Origin: a virus
Taxonomy: Duplodnaviria; Caudoviricetes
Direction: 5' to 3' (one strand)
Length of the DNA: 39,057 bases
IMG/VR virus record: IMGVR_UViG_3300037483_000582
Span: 1 to 39,057 of that record
The position numbers and the translations under genes are program-made. Of the stretch, positions 26,784-34,339 are shown in pieces. The stretch's first letter is position 1; each line of letters starts with the position of its first letter. The notes beneath the pieces are model-generated. The model did not search any database, had not been told where the DNA came from, and saw only the letters and a list, made by a program, of their open reading frames with translations.

Positions 26784-26861
26784 CTCAATTAGATCAGCAT
26801 TGGTGAGGCTGGGGGCTTTGCGGCTCTGTAATACTTGCGGTTCGACTCCGCCTGATTGAGC
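26784..26861 (+). tRNA. Atypical tRNA-like element (anticodon unclear, TTG in loop)
   Basis: 8-bp acceptor CTCAATTA/TGATTGAG, T arm GCGG-TTCGACT-CCGC, D-like CAGC-ATTGGTGAG-GCTG; non-canonical anticodon arm, no CCA. Confidence 0.5.
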
Positions 26862-26877
26862 TTTCTTTCTTTGAAAT

Positions 26878-27212
26878 GTAAGCCGATGAAGAGACATAAA
26901 AACCGGTAATTGTATCTTCTGTAGGAAGTTAAGCTACATAAACATTAGCTCAGTTGGTTAGAGCACTACCTGAGGACGGTGGAAGTCGCAAGTTCGAGTC
27001 TTGCATGTTACATTAGGATTGTTAATCCTGCCAAAACACAGAATAAAGTTAGCAAGTATCAAGATTCAAGATTTTAAGGTTTAATTATAATAAGTCTCAC
27101 GTATCATGAATCAAGAACGTACCCCGAAGCGTAATTGCTCGGGAATGACCTAAATAAGTTTTTTATACAGTTTTAAGCGGATCTTCTTAGGGTTCCTCTT
27201 TAGGCGGCTTTC
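26878..27212 (+). ncRNA. ~330-nt structured ncRNA candidate
   Basis: Ends pair (AAGCCG/CGGCTT, AAGAG/CTCTT); contains a tRNA-like domain, hairpins and a periodic tract; no coherent ORF. Confidence 0.65.
26941..27009 (+). tRNA. tRNA-like domain embedded in the ncRNA (pseudo-tRNA/mimic)
   Basis: TA-GCTC-AGTTGGTTA-GAGC D arm; CTACC-TGAGGAC-GGTGG; GCAAG-TTCGAGT-CTTGC T arm; only 5-bp acceptor, no U33, no CCA. Confidence 0.7.
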
Positions 27213-27216
27213 AATT

Positions 27217-28023
27217 ATGAAATTTATAGATCTTTTTGCAGGAATTGGCGGCTTTAGGCTGGCGGCTGAATCATTTGGCCTTAAGTGTGTATTCAGCTCT
27301 GAAATAGACAAATACGCTTGCGATACATACGAGGCTAATTTCGGCGAGCGCCCAAGCGGCGATATAACAAAGATAGATGAACGCAATATACCCGCACATG
27401 ACATGATCTTTGCGGGCTTTCCCTGTCAGTCATTCTCGGTAGCCGGTAAGCGCAAGGGCACCGATGATCCACGGGGCCAGATGTTCTTTGAGATCTTGCG
27501 TATTGCAGGGGGTCATTCAACGCCAATACTTGTTCTTGAGAATGTTCCAGGTCTATTGTCACATAATGGTGGCGCAACATTTAATAGGTTCTTGCATCTT
27601 TTAGATCTTGGTGGCTATAATGTCTATTATAAGGTTCTCAATGCTGCTGATTATGGGCTACCACAACGTCGTAAGCGTCTTTTTATGGTGTGTTATGCTA
27701 GACATATAAGTAAACCCTATACGTTCCCCGAGCCAATACCATTAACAAAAACATTGGGCGACATCTTAGAAACCAATGTTACAAGAGATATTGCCAATAC
27801 TGTTAGAGTCGGTGGTCGCGGGTCGCCTATTGGCAGCAAGCAAAACTGGGACGGATACTATGTTGGCAATATAATACATCGCCTTACCCCAAGAGAATGC
27901 GCTAGGCTACAGGGCTTCCCCGATAGCTTTAAGATTCCCGTAAGCGATGCCCAAGCATACAAGCAATTTGGCAACAGTGTTGCAATTTATGCGGTAAAAG
28001 CAATTATTGATAAGATATTATGA
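27217..28023 (+). CDS. C5 cytosine DNA methyltransferase (orphan)
   Basis: FAGIGG, GFPCQSFS, LENV, PQRRKR, RLTPRECARLQGFPD, YKQFGNSV. Confidence 0.97.
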   Translation: MKFIDLFAGIGGFRLAAESFGLKCVFSSEIDKYACDTYEANFGERPSGDITKIDERNIPAHDMIFAGFPCQSFSVAGKRKGTDDPRGQMFFEILRIAGGHSTPILVLENVPGLLSHNGGATFNRFLHLLDLGGYNVYYKVLNAADYGLPQRRKRLFMVCYARHISKPYTFPEPIPLTKTLGDILETNVTRDIANTVRVGGRGSPIGSKQNWDGYYVGNIIHRLTPRECARLQGFPDSFKIPVSDAQAYKQFGNSVAIYAVKAIIDKIL

Positions 28024-28141
28024 AGCTGAGCATGCATCTACCGGTATGGATGGAAGACAATTTAGAATGCAATTGTTTGAAAAGAATGCAGAAATCAATA
28101 TATGACATCACGACCCCAACTATTTAGGATTCCTAGAATTC

Positions 28142-28169
28142 TTGCCCTTTATGGGCCATTGGTTAGGCT
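28142..28169 (+). promoter_or_regulatory. Promoter, related to 26071
   Basis: TTGCCC-N16-TAGGCT. Confidence 0.55.
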
Positions 28170-28198
28170 TAGAGTGATTCACATTCAAAGGATTCTCT

Positions 28199-28588
28199 AT
28201 GATTCTACTCATTCTCTTTATGGCATTCTCCGTCAACGCCATGGAGACCTGGCGCTTTAAAAAAGATTTAAGCACTTATACGGTGGCATTGCCTGCACGC
28301 TCTAACGCTTCGACGAATCTTCATGGCGATCTTAAGAAGAAAGCTGAAGCGTTACTGTATAACGCGGGCAAAGATGCCAACATAGCCAAGATCAAAGAGC
28401 TGCTTAACAGCTTCTCCTTTTTGGATATGAGGGTTGAGATTATAAATGTAATTGCGATGCTACAAGAATTCTATGCGATGGAGATTGGCCCATGGGACAA
28501 AAGACGTCTTGATTACCATGTAATACTTAACTTGTTTAGGCAACACTTACAAGACAATCGCTGGCAACAATATATAACATATGACTGA
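28199..28588 (+). CDS. Secreted hypothetical protein
   Basis: Short signal peptide MILLILFMAFSVNA-ME; AAGGA SD. Confidence 0.65.
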   Translation: MILLILFMAFSVNAMETWRFKKDLSTYTVALPARSNASTNLHGDLKKKAEALLYNAGKDANIAKIKELLNSFSFLDMRVEIINVIAMLQEFYAMEIGPWDKRRLDYHVILNLFRQHLQDNRWQQYITYD

Positions 28589-29945
28589 AGGCCGCATTAG
28601 ATTGGACGCATTTACTCCAAGATCCTATCAGTTACCTCTTTTCAGGGCATTAGAGAACAGAAACTTCAAAAAGATTATCTATATTGCCCCCCGCCGAAGC
28701 GGTAAGGACATTGCATGCTTCAATCTGTTAGTGCGCCAAGCAATACGACGAGTCGGCCTCTATTGTTATTGTTTGCCAACTTACAGACAAGCCAGGTCTG
28801 TTATGTACCAGGGGATGACCATTGATGGCAAACAAGTACTCGATTTCATTCCGTCAGCCCTTATAACAAAGAAGAACGCCAGTGAAATGCAAGTTCGTTT
28901 ACGTAATGGAAGCCTCATTCATTTTTTTGGGTCTAATAATTATAACCGCTCCCTTGTTGGTACTAACCCTATCGGTATTGTGTTTAGTGAAGCTGCTCAG
29001 ATGGATATGCGTGCTTATACATATGCTCGTCCGATTGTTGCAGCAAATGACGGATTTATGATTCTAAATACTACTCCCCGTGGTAAGAACGGATTCTATG
29101 ATCTTTATCATCGGGTTAAAGAATTTAAAGATGAATGGTTTACGTATCTCTGTACTCTGAATGATACAAAACATCTTTCAGACGAACAAATAGAATTTGA
29201 AAAGCGAGACATGTCTGACGAAATGTTTCAGCAGGAATTTCTCTGTTCGTTCGACTGTGGCATCGAAGGTACGTGGTATGGCAAATATATAGATCGCATG
29301 CGGCTTACCGGACAAGTTGGCGAGGCTGTGCCGTGGAACCCGTCGTTACCTGTTTATACAAGTTGGGATTTGGGCGTTGATCGTAATATGGCTGTGGTAT
29401 TCTTCCAAGTTATGAAAAGCGGCGTTGTACATATTATTGATTTTCTTCAGATGAAGACAGGCGCCCTTCCCGAGTACATCAAAGAAGTTAAAGATAAGCC
29501 CTACAATTATGCAAAACATATTGCGCCACATGATATAAATACCCGTGATATTGGTACAAATATGACCCGCTGGGACATGGGAAGAGATCTTGGCTTACGA
29601 TTTACCGAATCAATTAAAGTCGGTGTGCTTGATGGTATTGAGCGCGTTCGTGCCGAGCTGCCAAAGATCTACATTGATGAAGTACGATGTAAGCACCTTG
29701 TGCGTTCGCTCGAAAACTACCGTCAGACGTATGACCCGATCAAAGACCGATATGACGGCAAACCCGTTGGCGACTGGGCCGGGCATGCAGCCGACGCCGT
29801 CCGGTATCTCTGTGTATCGCTTAAATTATGCCGAGAAAATATGAGTGCGGAAGACTTAGATAATTTATATAAGAAGACTGTATGGGGACATGCGGCAAAC
29901 CCTGAAGACCCATTCTCATTACCCGATCAAAATTTATTTATTTGA
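28581..29945 (+). CDS. terL: Terminase large subunit
   Basis: Walker A PRRSGKD, Walker B IVFSEA, TTPRG, FQQEFLCSF, nuclease SWDLG and HAADAVRY. Confidence 0.96.
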   Translation: MTEGRIRLDAFTPRSYQLPLFRALENRNFKKIIYIAPRRSGKDIACFNLLVRQAIRRVGLYCYCLPTYRQARSVMYQGMTIDGKQVLDFIPSALITKKNASEMQVRLRNGSLIHFFGSNNYNRSLVGTNPIGIVFSEAAQMDMRAYTYARPIVAANDGFMILNTTPRGKNGFYDLYHRVKEFKDEWFTYLCTLNDTKHLSDEQIEFEKRDMSDEMFQQEFLCSFDCGIEGTWYGKYIDRMRLTGQVGEAVPWNPSLPVYTSWDLGVDRNMAVVFFQVMKSGVVHIIDFLQMKTGALPEYIKEVKDKPYNYAKHIAPHDINTRDIGTNMTRWDMGRDLGLRFTESIKVGVLDGIERVRAELPKIYIDEVRCKHLVRSLENYRQTYDPIKDRYDGKPVGDWAGHAADAVRYLCVSLKLCRENMSAEDLDNLYKKTVWGHAANPEDPFSLPDQNLFI

Positions 29946-30000
29946 CTTGATGTCTACATCATATATAGGATTCCAGTAAATTCTATACATGAGGTAGACG

Positions 30001-30105
30001 ATGTGTATAAAGCAAGTTCTTAACGTTCTTTTAGGATTCCCCTGCATCTTTGTAATTGCCTTTACGCTTGGCGGTATGTTTGTTTTTTGGCTCCATGAAA
30101 AATAG
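30001..30105 (+). CDS. 34-aa single-TM peptide
   Basis: GAGGT SD; MCIKQVLNVLLGFPCIFVIAFTLGGMFVFWLHEK. Confidence 0.55.
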   Translation: MCIKQVLNVLLGFPCIFVIAFTLGGMFVFWLHEK

Positions 30106-30176
30106 TGCTTGATTTGCTAATTTACCCCTCCTAGGTTTCTAGAGAACACATAGGTGTAAAAATTTAAGGGGGCAAA

Positions 30177-32261
30177 ATGCCTATTTTTCCTAATTTGGGT
30201 GATGGCTATCTATATTCAGAGCCGGATAATGACATACAACGGCGAATGAATTCAGTATATGCTGACGCTATTACGATCAATCAAGCCTTCTGGTCTGAGG
30301 CTGATTTTGATACGCGTTTTTATATGGGTGAACAATCCATTTATGGTGATATTTACGGTAACGTACCGATATTAAGACGTAGACAATACAACTTTAATCA
30401 AATCCGCCCTGTTGTGGATATGATAAGCGGTTATCAACGGCGCAACCGCAAAAGCATTATAGCAGTTCCTCTTGAGGAATATGCGCAGCAAACATCAGAT
30501 CAGTTCACGAAAATATTTTCATGGGTTAATCAGCAAGAAAATTACCTTGAAACGTTTTCTGAGGCCTTTCTTGGTGCTTGTGTAACAGGTATGAGTCTCT
30601 TGCAGGTCTGGCTAGACTTTCGCAATGATCCGATATCAGGCGATCTTAAAGTAGACAACTGCCCATATAATACTTTTCTTATTGATCCGTTCTTTAAAAA
30701 GACTGATCTGTCTGACTGCAATTATATTTGGAAGCGTAGCTATGTAACACGTGCTGAAGCATGTTCGTTACTTCCTGATCGTACTGATGAAATTCTGGCT
30801 CTTGGTGGTCAATCGCGTGACGGTAAGTTTCAATACCAGCCCGAAGCATACAACTATGGCACACGCACGCTATTAACATATGATGAATTCTTCTACAGAG
30901 ACTATCGTAGACAAAAACTACTCGTTGATAAGCAAACACAGCGTACGATTGAATGGAAATCTGATAACGACAAGGGCCTACGGGAATTTCTAGCAGAGTT
31001 CCCATCCGTTGAGGTATTTGAACAAGACATACCAACCGTTAAGCTTGCTATTGTCGTACAAGGACGCCTACTCTATGAGGGACCTCAACCCCTAGGCATA
31101 GACCACTATAGTTTTATACCAGTTTTTACGTATTTTAATCCACAAACACCATATTTCCCATGGCGTATCCAAGGTGTTGTCCGCAATATGCGGGATCCCC
31201 AATTTTTATTGAATCGCTTCCTGATAATAATGTCTGACATCTTAGAATCTCAGATTAACTCAGGCTTTAAATTCAAAGAAAACGCTCTTGTTAATCCTCA
31301 AGACGTCTTCATGCAAGGCCAGGGTAAGGGACTCGCGCTTAAAGAAGAAGCACAGATGACTGATGTAGAAAAGATTATGCCGGGCGACATTTCCCCTGGA
31401 TTCTTCAGTCTTTTGGGGCAGTTTAAGGAAATGATGTTTAAGACATCCGGTGTTACTGAAGAAAACATGGGCTCTGCAACTGATGATATGGCGGGAATTC
31501 TAAGCGTACTCCGGCAAGGCGCGGGGCTCACAACACTTCAACCGATCTTCGACCGTGCCGACGGAGCACTACGTCTTTTAGGGAAAGTTATGCTAGCCGC
31601 AGTGCAAACTAATTTCACCGCCGGCAAGGTGTCAAATATCCTGCAGGAGCAACCATCGCAGCAGTTCTATGATAAGGCATGGGGCCGCTTTGACGTAACC
31701 GTAGAAGAGGGACTTTATACGGCTACGCAAAGACAGCAACAATTTGCCCAAATGGTCTACTTGAAGCAAGCGGGCGTGCCGATTACTGATGAGGACATGC
31801 TCAAGGCTGCAACCATACAGAATAAGAATGACATCATTGAAAATGCAATGAAACGTCAGCAGGCAGCCGAGCAAATGCAGCAAAAACAATCTGAGCTGCA
31901 AATGGCCGAGCTTGAGGCTAATGTTAAGTTGGCTCAAGCAAGAGCAACGGCAGACCAAGGTCTCGGTATTGAGCGTCTAAGTAGAGTGCAAGAAAATCAG
32001 GCTCTTGCTGTCGAGAGGCAAGCAGAGGCTAAAAAAGATGAGATAGCGGCTTCATTAGACATGATCAAAGCGTTAAAAGAACTAGATACAATCGATTTGG
32101 CACATATTGAAAAGCTGATTCAGCTTTCAAGGGTGCTCAAAGAGGCTACTGATCGAGTCGCAGAACCTCTGCCTTCTAATGCAATGAAAGAAACAGTAAG
32201 CAACGTGCCTAATGAACCGTTGCCTCAAGAACCCGTGAGGACCAATGAAGGACAACCTTAA
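30177..32261 (+). CDS. Portal protein (P22-like, with C-terminal coiled-coil barrel)
   Basis: FNQIRPVVDMISGYQRRNR, IDPF, GVVRNMRDPQ..LN, Q-rich tail; follows terL. Confidence 0.9.
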   Translation: MPIFPNLGDGYLYSEPDNDIQRRMNSVYADAITINQAFWSEADFDTRFYMGEQSIYGDIYGNVPILRRRQYNFNQIRPVVDMISGYQRRNRKSIIAVPLEEYAQQTSDQFTKIFSWVNQQENYLETFSEAFLGACVTGMSLLQVWLDFRNDPISGDLKVDNCPYNTFLIDPFFKKTDLSDCNYIWKRSYVTRAEACSLLPDRTDEILALGGQSRDGKFQYQPEAYNYGTRTLLTYDEFFYRDYRRQKLLVDKQTQRTIEWKSDNDKGLREFLAEFPSVEVFEQDIPTVKLAIVVQGRLLYEGPQPLGIDHYSFIPVFTYFNPQTPYFPWRIQGVVRNMRDPQFLLNRFLIIMSDILESQINSGFKFKENALVNPQDVFMQGQGKGLALKEEAQMTDVEKIMPGDISPGFFSLLGQFKEMMFKTSGVTEENMGSATDDMAGILSVLRQGAGLTTLQPIFDRADGALRLLGKVMLAAVQTNFTAGKVSNILQEQPSQQFYDKAWGRFDVTVEEGLYTATQRQQQFAQMVYLKQAGVPITDEDMLKAATIQNKNDIIENAMKRQQAAEQMQQKQSELQMAELEANVKLAQARATADQGLGIERLSRVQENQALAVERQAEAKKDEIAASLDMIKALKELDTIDLAHIEKLIQLSRVLKEATDRVAEPLPSNAMKETVSNVPNEPLPQEPVRTNEGQP

Positions 32262-32397
32262 AAAGCGGATAACCTCCCACCTTAAGGAAGATATCGCTGA
32301 AGAAAAGAAAGAGATAAAGCGCGAGAAATCACGCATGGCTCATGATGTTAAAGACATCAAGAGAATAGAGAAGAAGAAACCGCGTAAACGTAAATAA
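32245..32397 (+). CDS. 50-aa highly charged basic protein
   Basis: GAGG SD; MKDNLKKRITSHLKEDIAEEKKEIKR...KKKPRKRK. Confidence 0.65.
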   Translation: MKDNLKKRITSHLKEDIAEEKKEIKREKSRMAHDVKDIKRIEKKKPRKRK

Positions 32398-32429
32398 GGA
32401 GGGACGATAACGATGTCCCGACTTTCAAC
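32396..32429 (+). repeat. Dispersed hairpin motif, copy 6
   Basis: AAGGA-GGGAC-GATAACGAT-GTCCC-GACTTTCAAC. Confidence 0.8.
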
Positions 32430-32441
32430 CAGGGAGCCACA

Positions 32442-32642
32442 ATGGCATATGATGAAAAAGGCATGATCAGCTCAGATAAGAGCAAGCATGCAAATTTACC
32501 AACAGAAGCAGTTATGAAGCAATATCCAATGGCCGGCGGTTATATTGGCGGAGAGCTCGGCAATGAATATGTCGCTGCTAATAAGCAAATGAACAAAGAT
32601 CACGCTGCCTTGAAGTCATCGTACGCACCGAAGAAGTACTAA
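32442..32642 (+). CDS. Small virion-associated hypothetical protein
   Basis: GGGAG SD; HANLPTEAVMKQYP. Confidence 0.7.
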   Translation: MAYDEKGMISSDKSKHANLPTEAVMKQYPMAGGYIGGELGNEYVAANKQMNKDHAALKSSYAPKKY

Positions 32643-32643
32643 G

Positions 32644-32793
32644 ATGGCATCGGCTCCTAGACCCTCTAAAAAGGCTAAGAAGCTGGCGCGTCAGTTCAAC
32701 GGTATTGCTCAGAATGCGATCGATCAGCCTTCAAAAAAGCAACGAAAGATCAAAGAGCGAGTCATTGCTGATAATAGAGCTTATAACAAATAG
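32644..32793 (+). CDS. 49-aa basic protein
   Basis: MASAPRPSKKAKKLARQ...; starts directly after previous stop. Confidence 0.6.
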   Translation: MASAPRPSKKAKKLARQFNGIAQNAIDQPSKKQRKIKERVIADNRAYNK

Positions 32794-32817
32794 GGGCGGG
32801 GCTACCCGCCTCTTTCT
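32792..32817 (+). terminator. Intrinsic terminator
   Basis: AGGGGCGGG/CCCGCCTCT stem followed by TTCT. Confidence 0.55.
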
Positions 32818-32826
32818 GGAGTGATC

Positions 32827-32952
32827 ATGGAAATATCAAAGAAAAAGAAAGATAAAAAAAAGAAAAGAAAACTTAAGCCGGTAATGCATGTAGAGGCAGA
32901 ACTGCGTGCAGAGAAAAAGGAAAAAGCCAATGAAAAAAAAGAGCGCTGTTAA
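32827..32952 (+). CDS. 41-aa Lys-rich peptide
   Basis: GGAG SD; MEISKKKKDKKKKRKLKP... Confidence 0.5.
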   Translation: MEISKKKKDKKKKRKLKPVMHVEAELRAEKKEKANEKKERC

Positions 32953-33154
32953 GATGGCAATGCAGCACCCTGACAAGCTTGGAGCCGGTGCCAAAAAGCG
33001 CAAGAAGCTGAAGCCAAAAGAAAAAATAGCTACCGTAATGAGTGAGTTCAAACGCGGCACCCTGCATAGCGGAGCAGGACCAAAGGTAACCAATCCAAAG
33101 CAAGCTATTGCGATTGCAATGTCAGAGGCCGGCAAGTCTAAAAAGAAGAAATAG
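32930..33154 (+). CDS. DUF6496-like basic protein (likely start 32930)
   Basis: VMSEFKRGTLHSG.G.KVTNPKQAIAIAMSEAG. Confidence 0.75.
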   Translation: MKKKSAVKMAMQHPDKLGAGAKKRKKLKPKEKIATVMSEFKRGTLHSGAGPKVTNPKQAIAIAMSEAGKSKKKK

Positions 33155-33163
33155 CGAGGAAGT

Positions 33164-33661
33164 ATGGCAAATAAGAAATGGGGACAAATTGCCTACGAGA
33201 TGATGTCTAAGCAAGCCGAACGACCCGAGAAGCTTGAGCAAATAGATATAGGTCGCGCCATGATGGAAGGCGACTATCTCAAAAATGTCTTAGAGATCAT
33301 AGAAAAAACGCGCAAGGTCCATAATGGTGAATTCTTTATTGAGGTGCGCTACAAGCAAGAACATTTTGGGCCCAATAGCATACGCTTTTCTCACTTTACG
33401 CGTCTTACATGTCCAACACCTATAACCGATCAAGTAGTTTATAAATACACTCCCGACGTAGACGAACTGGAATTGCTCTGGGTGTTGCCGTCTGATGAAT
33501 GGTGCACCGAACTGTTACTCCATAAACACGACATGGCACCCGAGCTTTATGGTCTTCTTAAACATGTCTTGGATTATAAAGATGGAACGCTTCTTGAAAA
33601 GTGTCAGAAGCACAATAAAGAAACATTTATAGATAATAGAATAATAATAATTGGAAGCTAG
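33164..33661 (+). CDS. Hypothetical protein in head module
   Basis: GAGG SD; R.TCPTP..DQ.VYKY...LLWVLPS. Confidence 0.7.
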   Translation: MANKKWGQIAYEMMSKQAERPEKLEQIDIGRAMMEGDYLKNVLEIIEKTRKVHNGEFFIEVRYKQEHFGPNSIRFSHFTRLTCPTPITDQVVYKYTPDVDELELLWVLPSDEWCTELLLHKHDMAPELYGLLKHVLDYKDGTLLEKCQKHNKETFIDNRIIIIGS

Positions 33662-33664
33662 GCT

Positions 33665-34339
33665 ATGTTTGAACAAGAAAACGAAGTATTAGAAACTCCG
33701 CAAGAGCAAGTTACAGAACAGCAACAGAATTCAAAAGAGTATAACTTTACGCAGATGCGTGAGCAAAAAGAGCGAGCTGAGCGTGAGCGCGATGAGATGA
33801 TGCGGCGTCTTGATGCAATTGAAAAAGCCCAAAAGCAGCAAGCAGACCCTGAAAAAGAATGGGATGACGATCAATATACTGAAGGCAGGCATCTCAGCAA
33901 GATTAAGAATAAGTTCTCTAAAGATATAGATGATCTTAAGAGTCAGATTAAGCAATATGAAGCGCAAGCGATTGAAGCACGTCTGCGTTCTGAATGTCCT
34001 GATATTGATAATGTTCTGGCTAATGAAAATCTGGAAACATTCAAAAAAGAATATCCCGAGCTTGCGGAAACGGTAAGTGCTAATAACAACTTCTACACTA
34101 AGGCAAAGGCGACCTATACTATGATAAAAAAACTTGGTATTAATAAACAGGATTCTCTCAGAGAGGAAACTGAAATGATACAAAAGAACGCGTCAAGACC
34201 AAGAGCATCAAATTCTACATCCTCTCAGTCAGGTCAAAATCCACTTTCAAAAGCCAATGAATTTGCCCAGGGTCTGACGCCTGAACTTAAGGAAAAGCTA
34301 TGGCGGGAGATGCAAGAGAGCGCAAAGAAACTCCGTTAG
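33665..34339 (+). CDS. Capsid scaffolding protein
   Basis: Acidic, helical, coiled-coil; precedes MCP. Confidence 0.7.
   Translation: MFEQENEVLETPQEQVTEQQQNSKEYNFTQMREQKERAERERDEMMRRLDAIEKAQKQQADPEKEWDDDQYTEGRHLSKIKNKFSKDIDDLKSQIKQYEAQAIEARLRSECPDIDNVLANENLETFKKEYPELAETVSANNNFYTKAKATYTMIKKLGINKQDSLREETEMIQKNASRPRASNSTSSQSGQNPLSKANEFAQGLTPELKEKLWREMQESAKKLR

Noticed and set aside
26784-26861. tRNA-Sec or suppressor tRNA implying recoding
   Set aside because: No UCA/CUA anticodon or long variable arm; genes read normally in the standard code with all three stops used.
27150-27404. Minus-strand ORF overlapping the ncRNA end and MTase start
   Set aside because: Antisense shadow of the methyltransferase.
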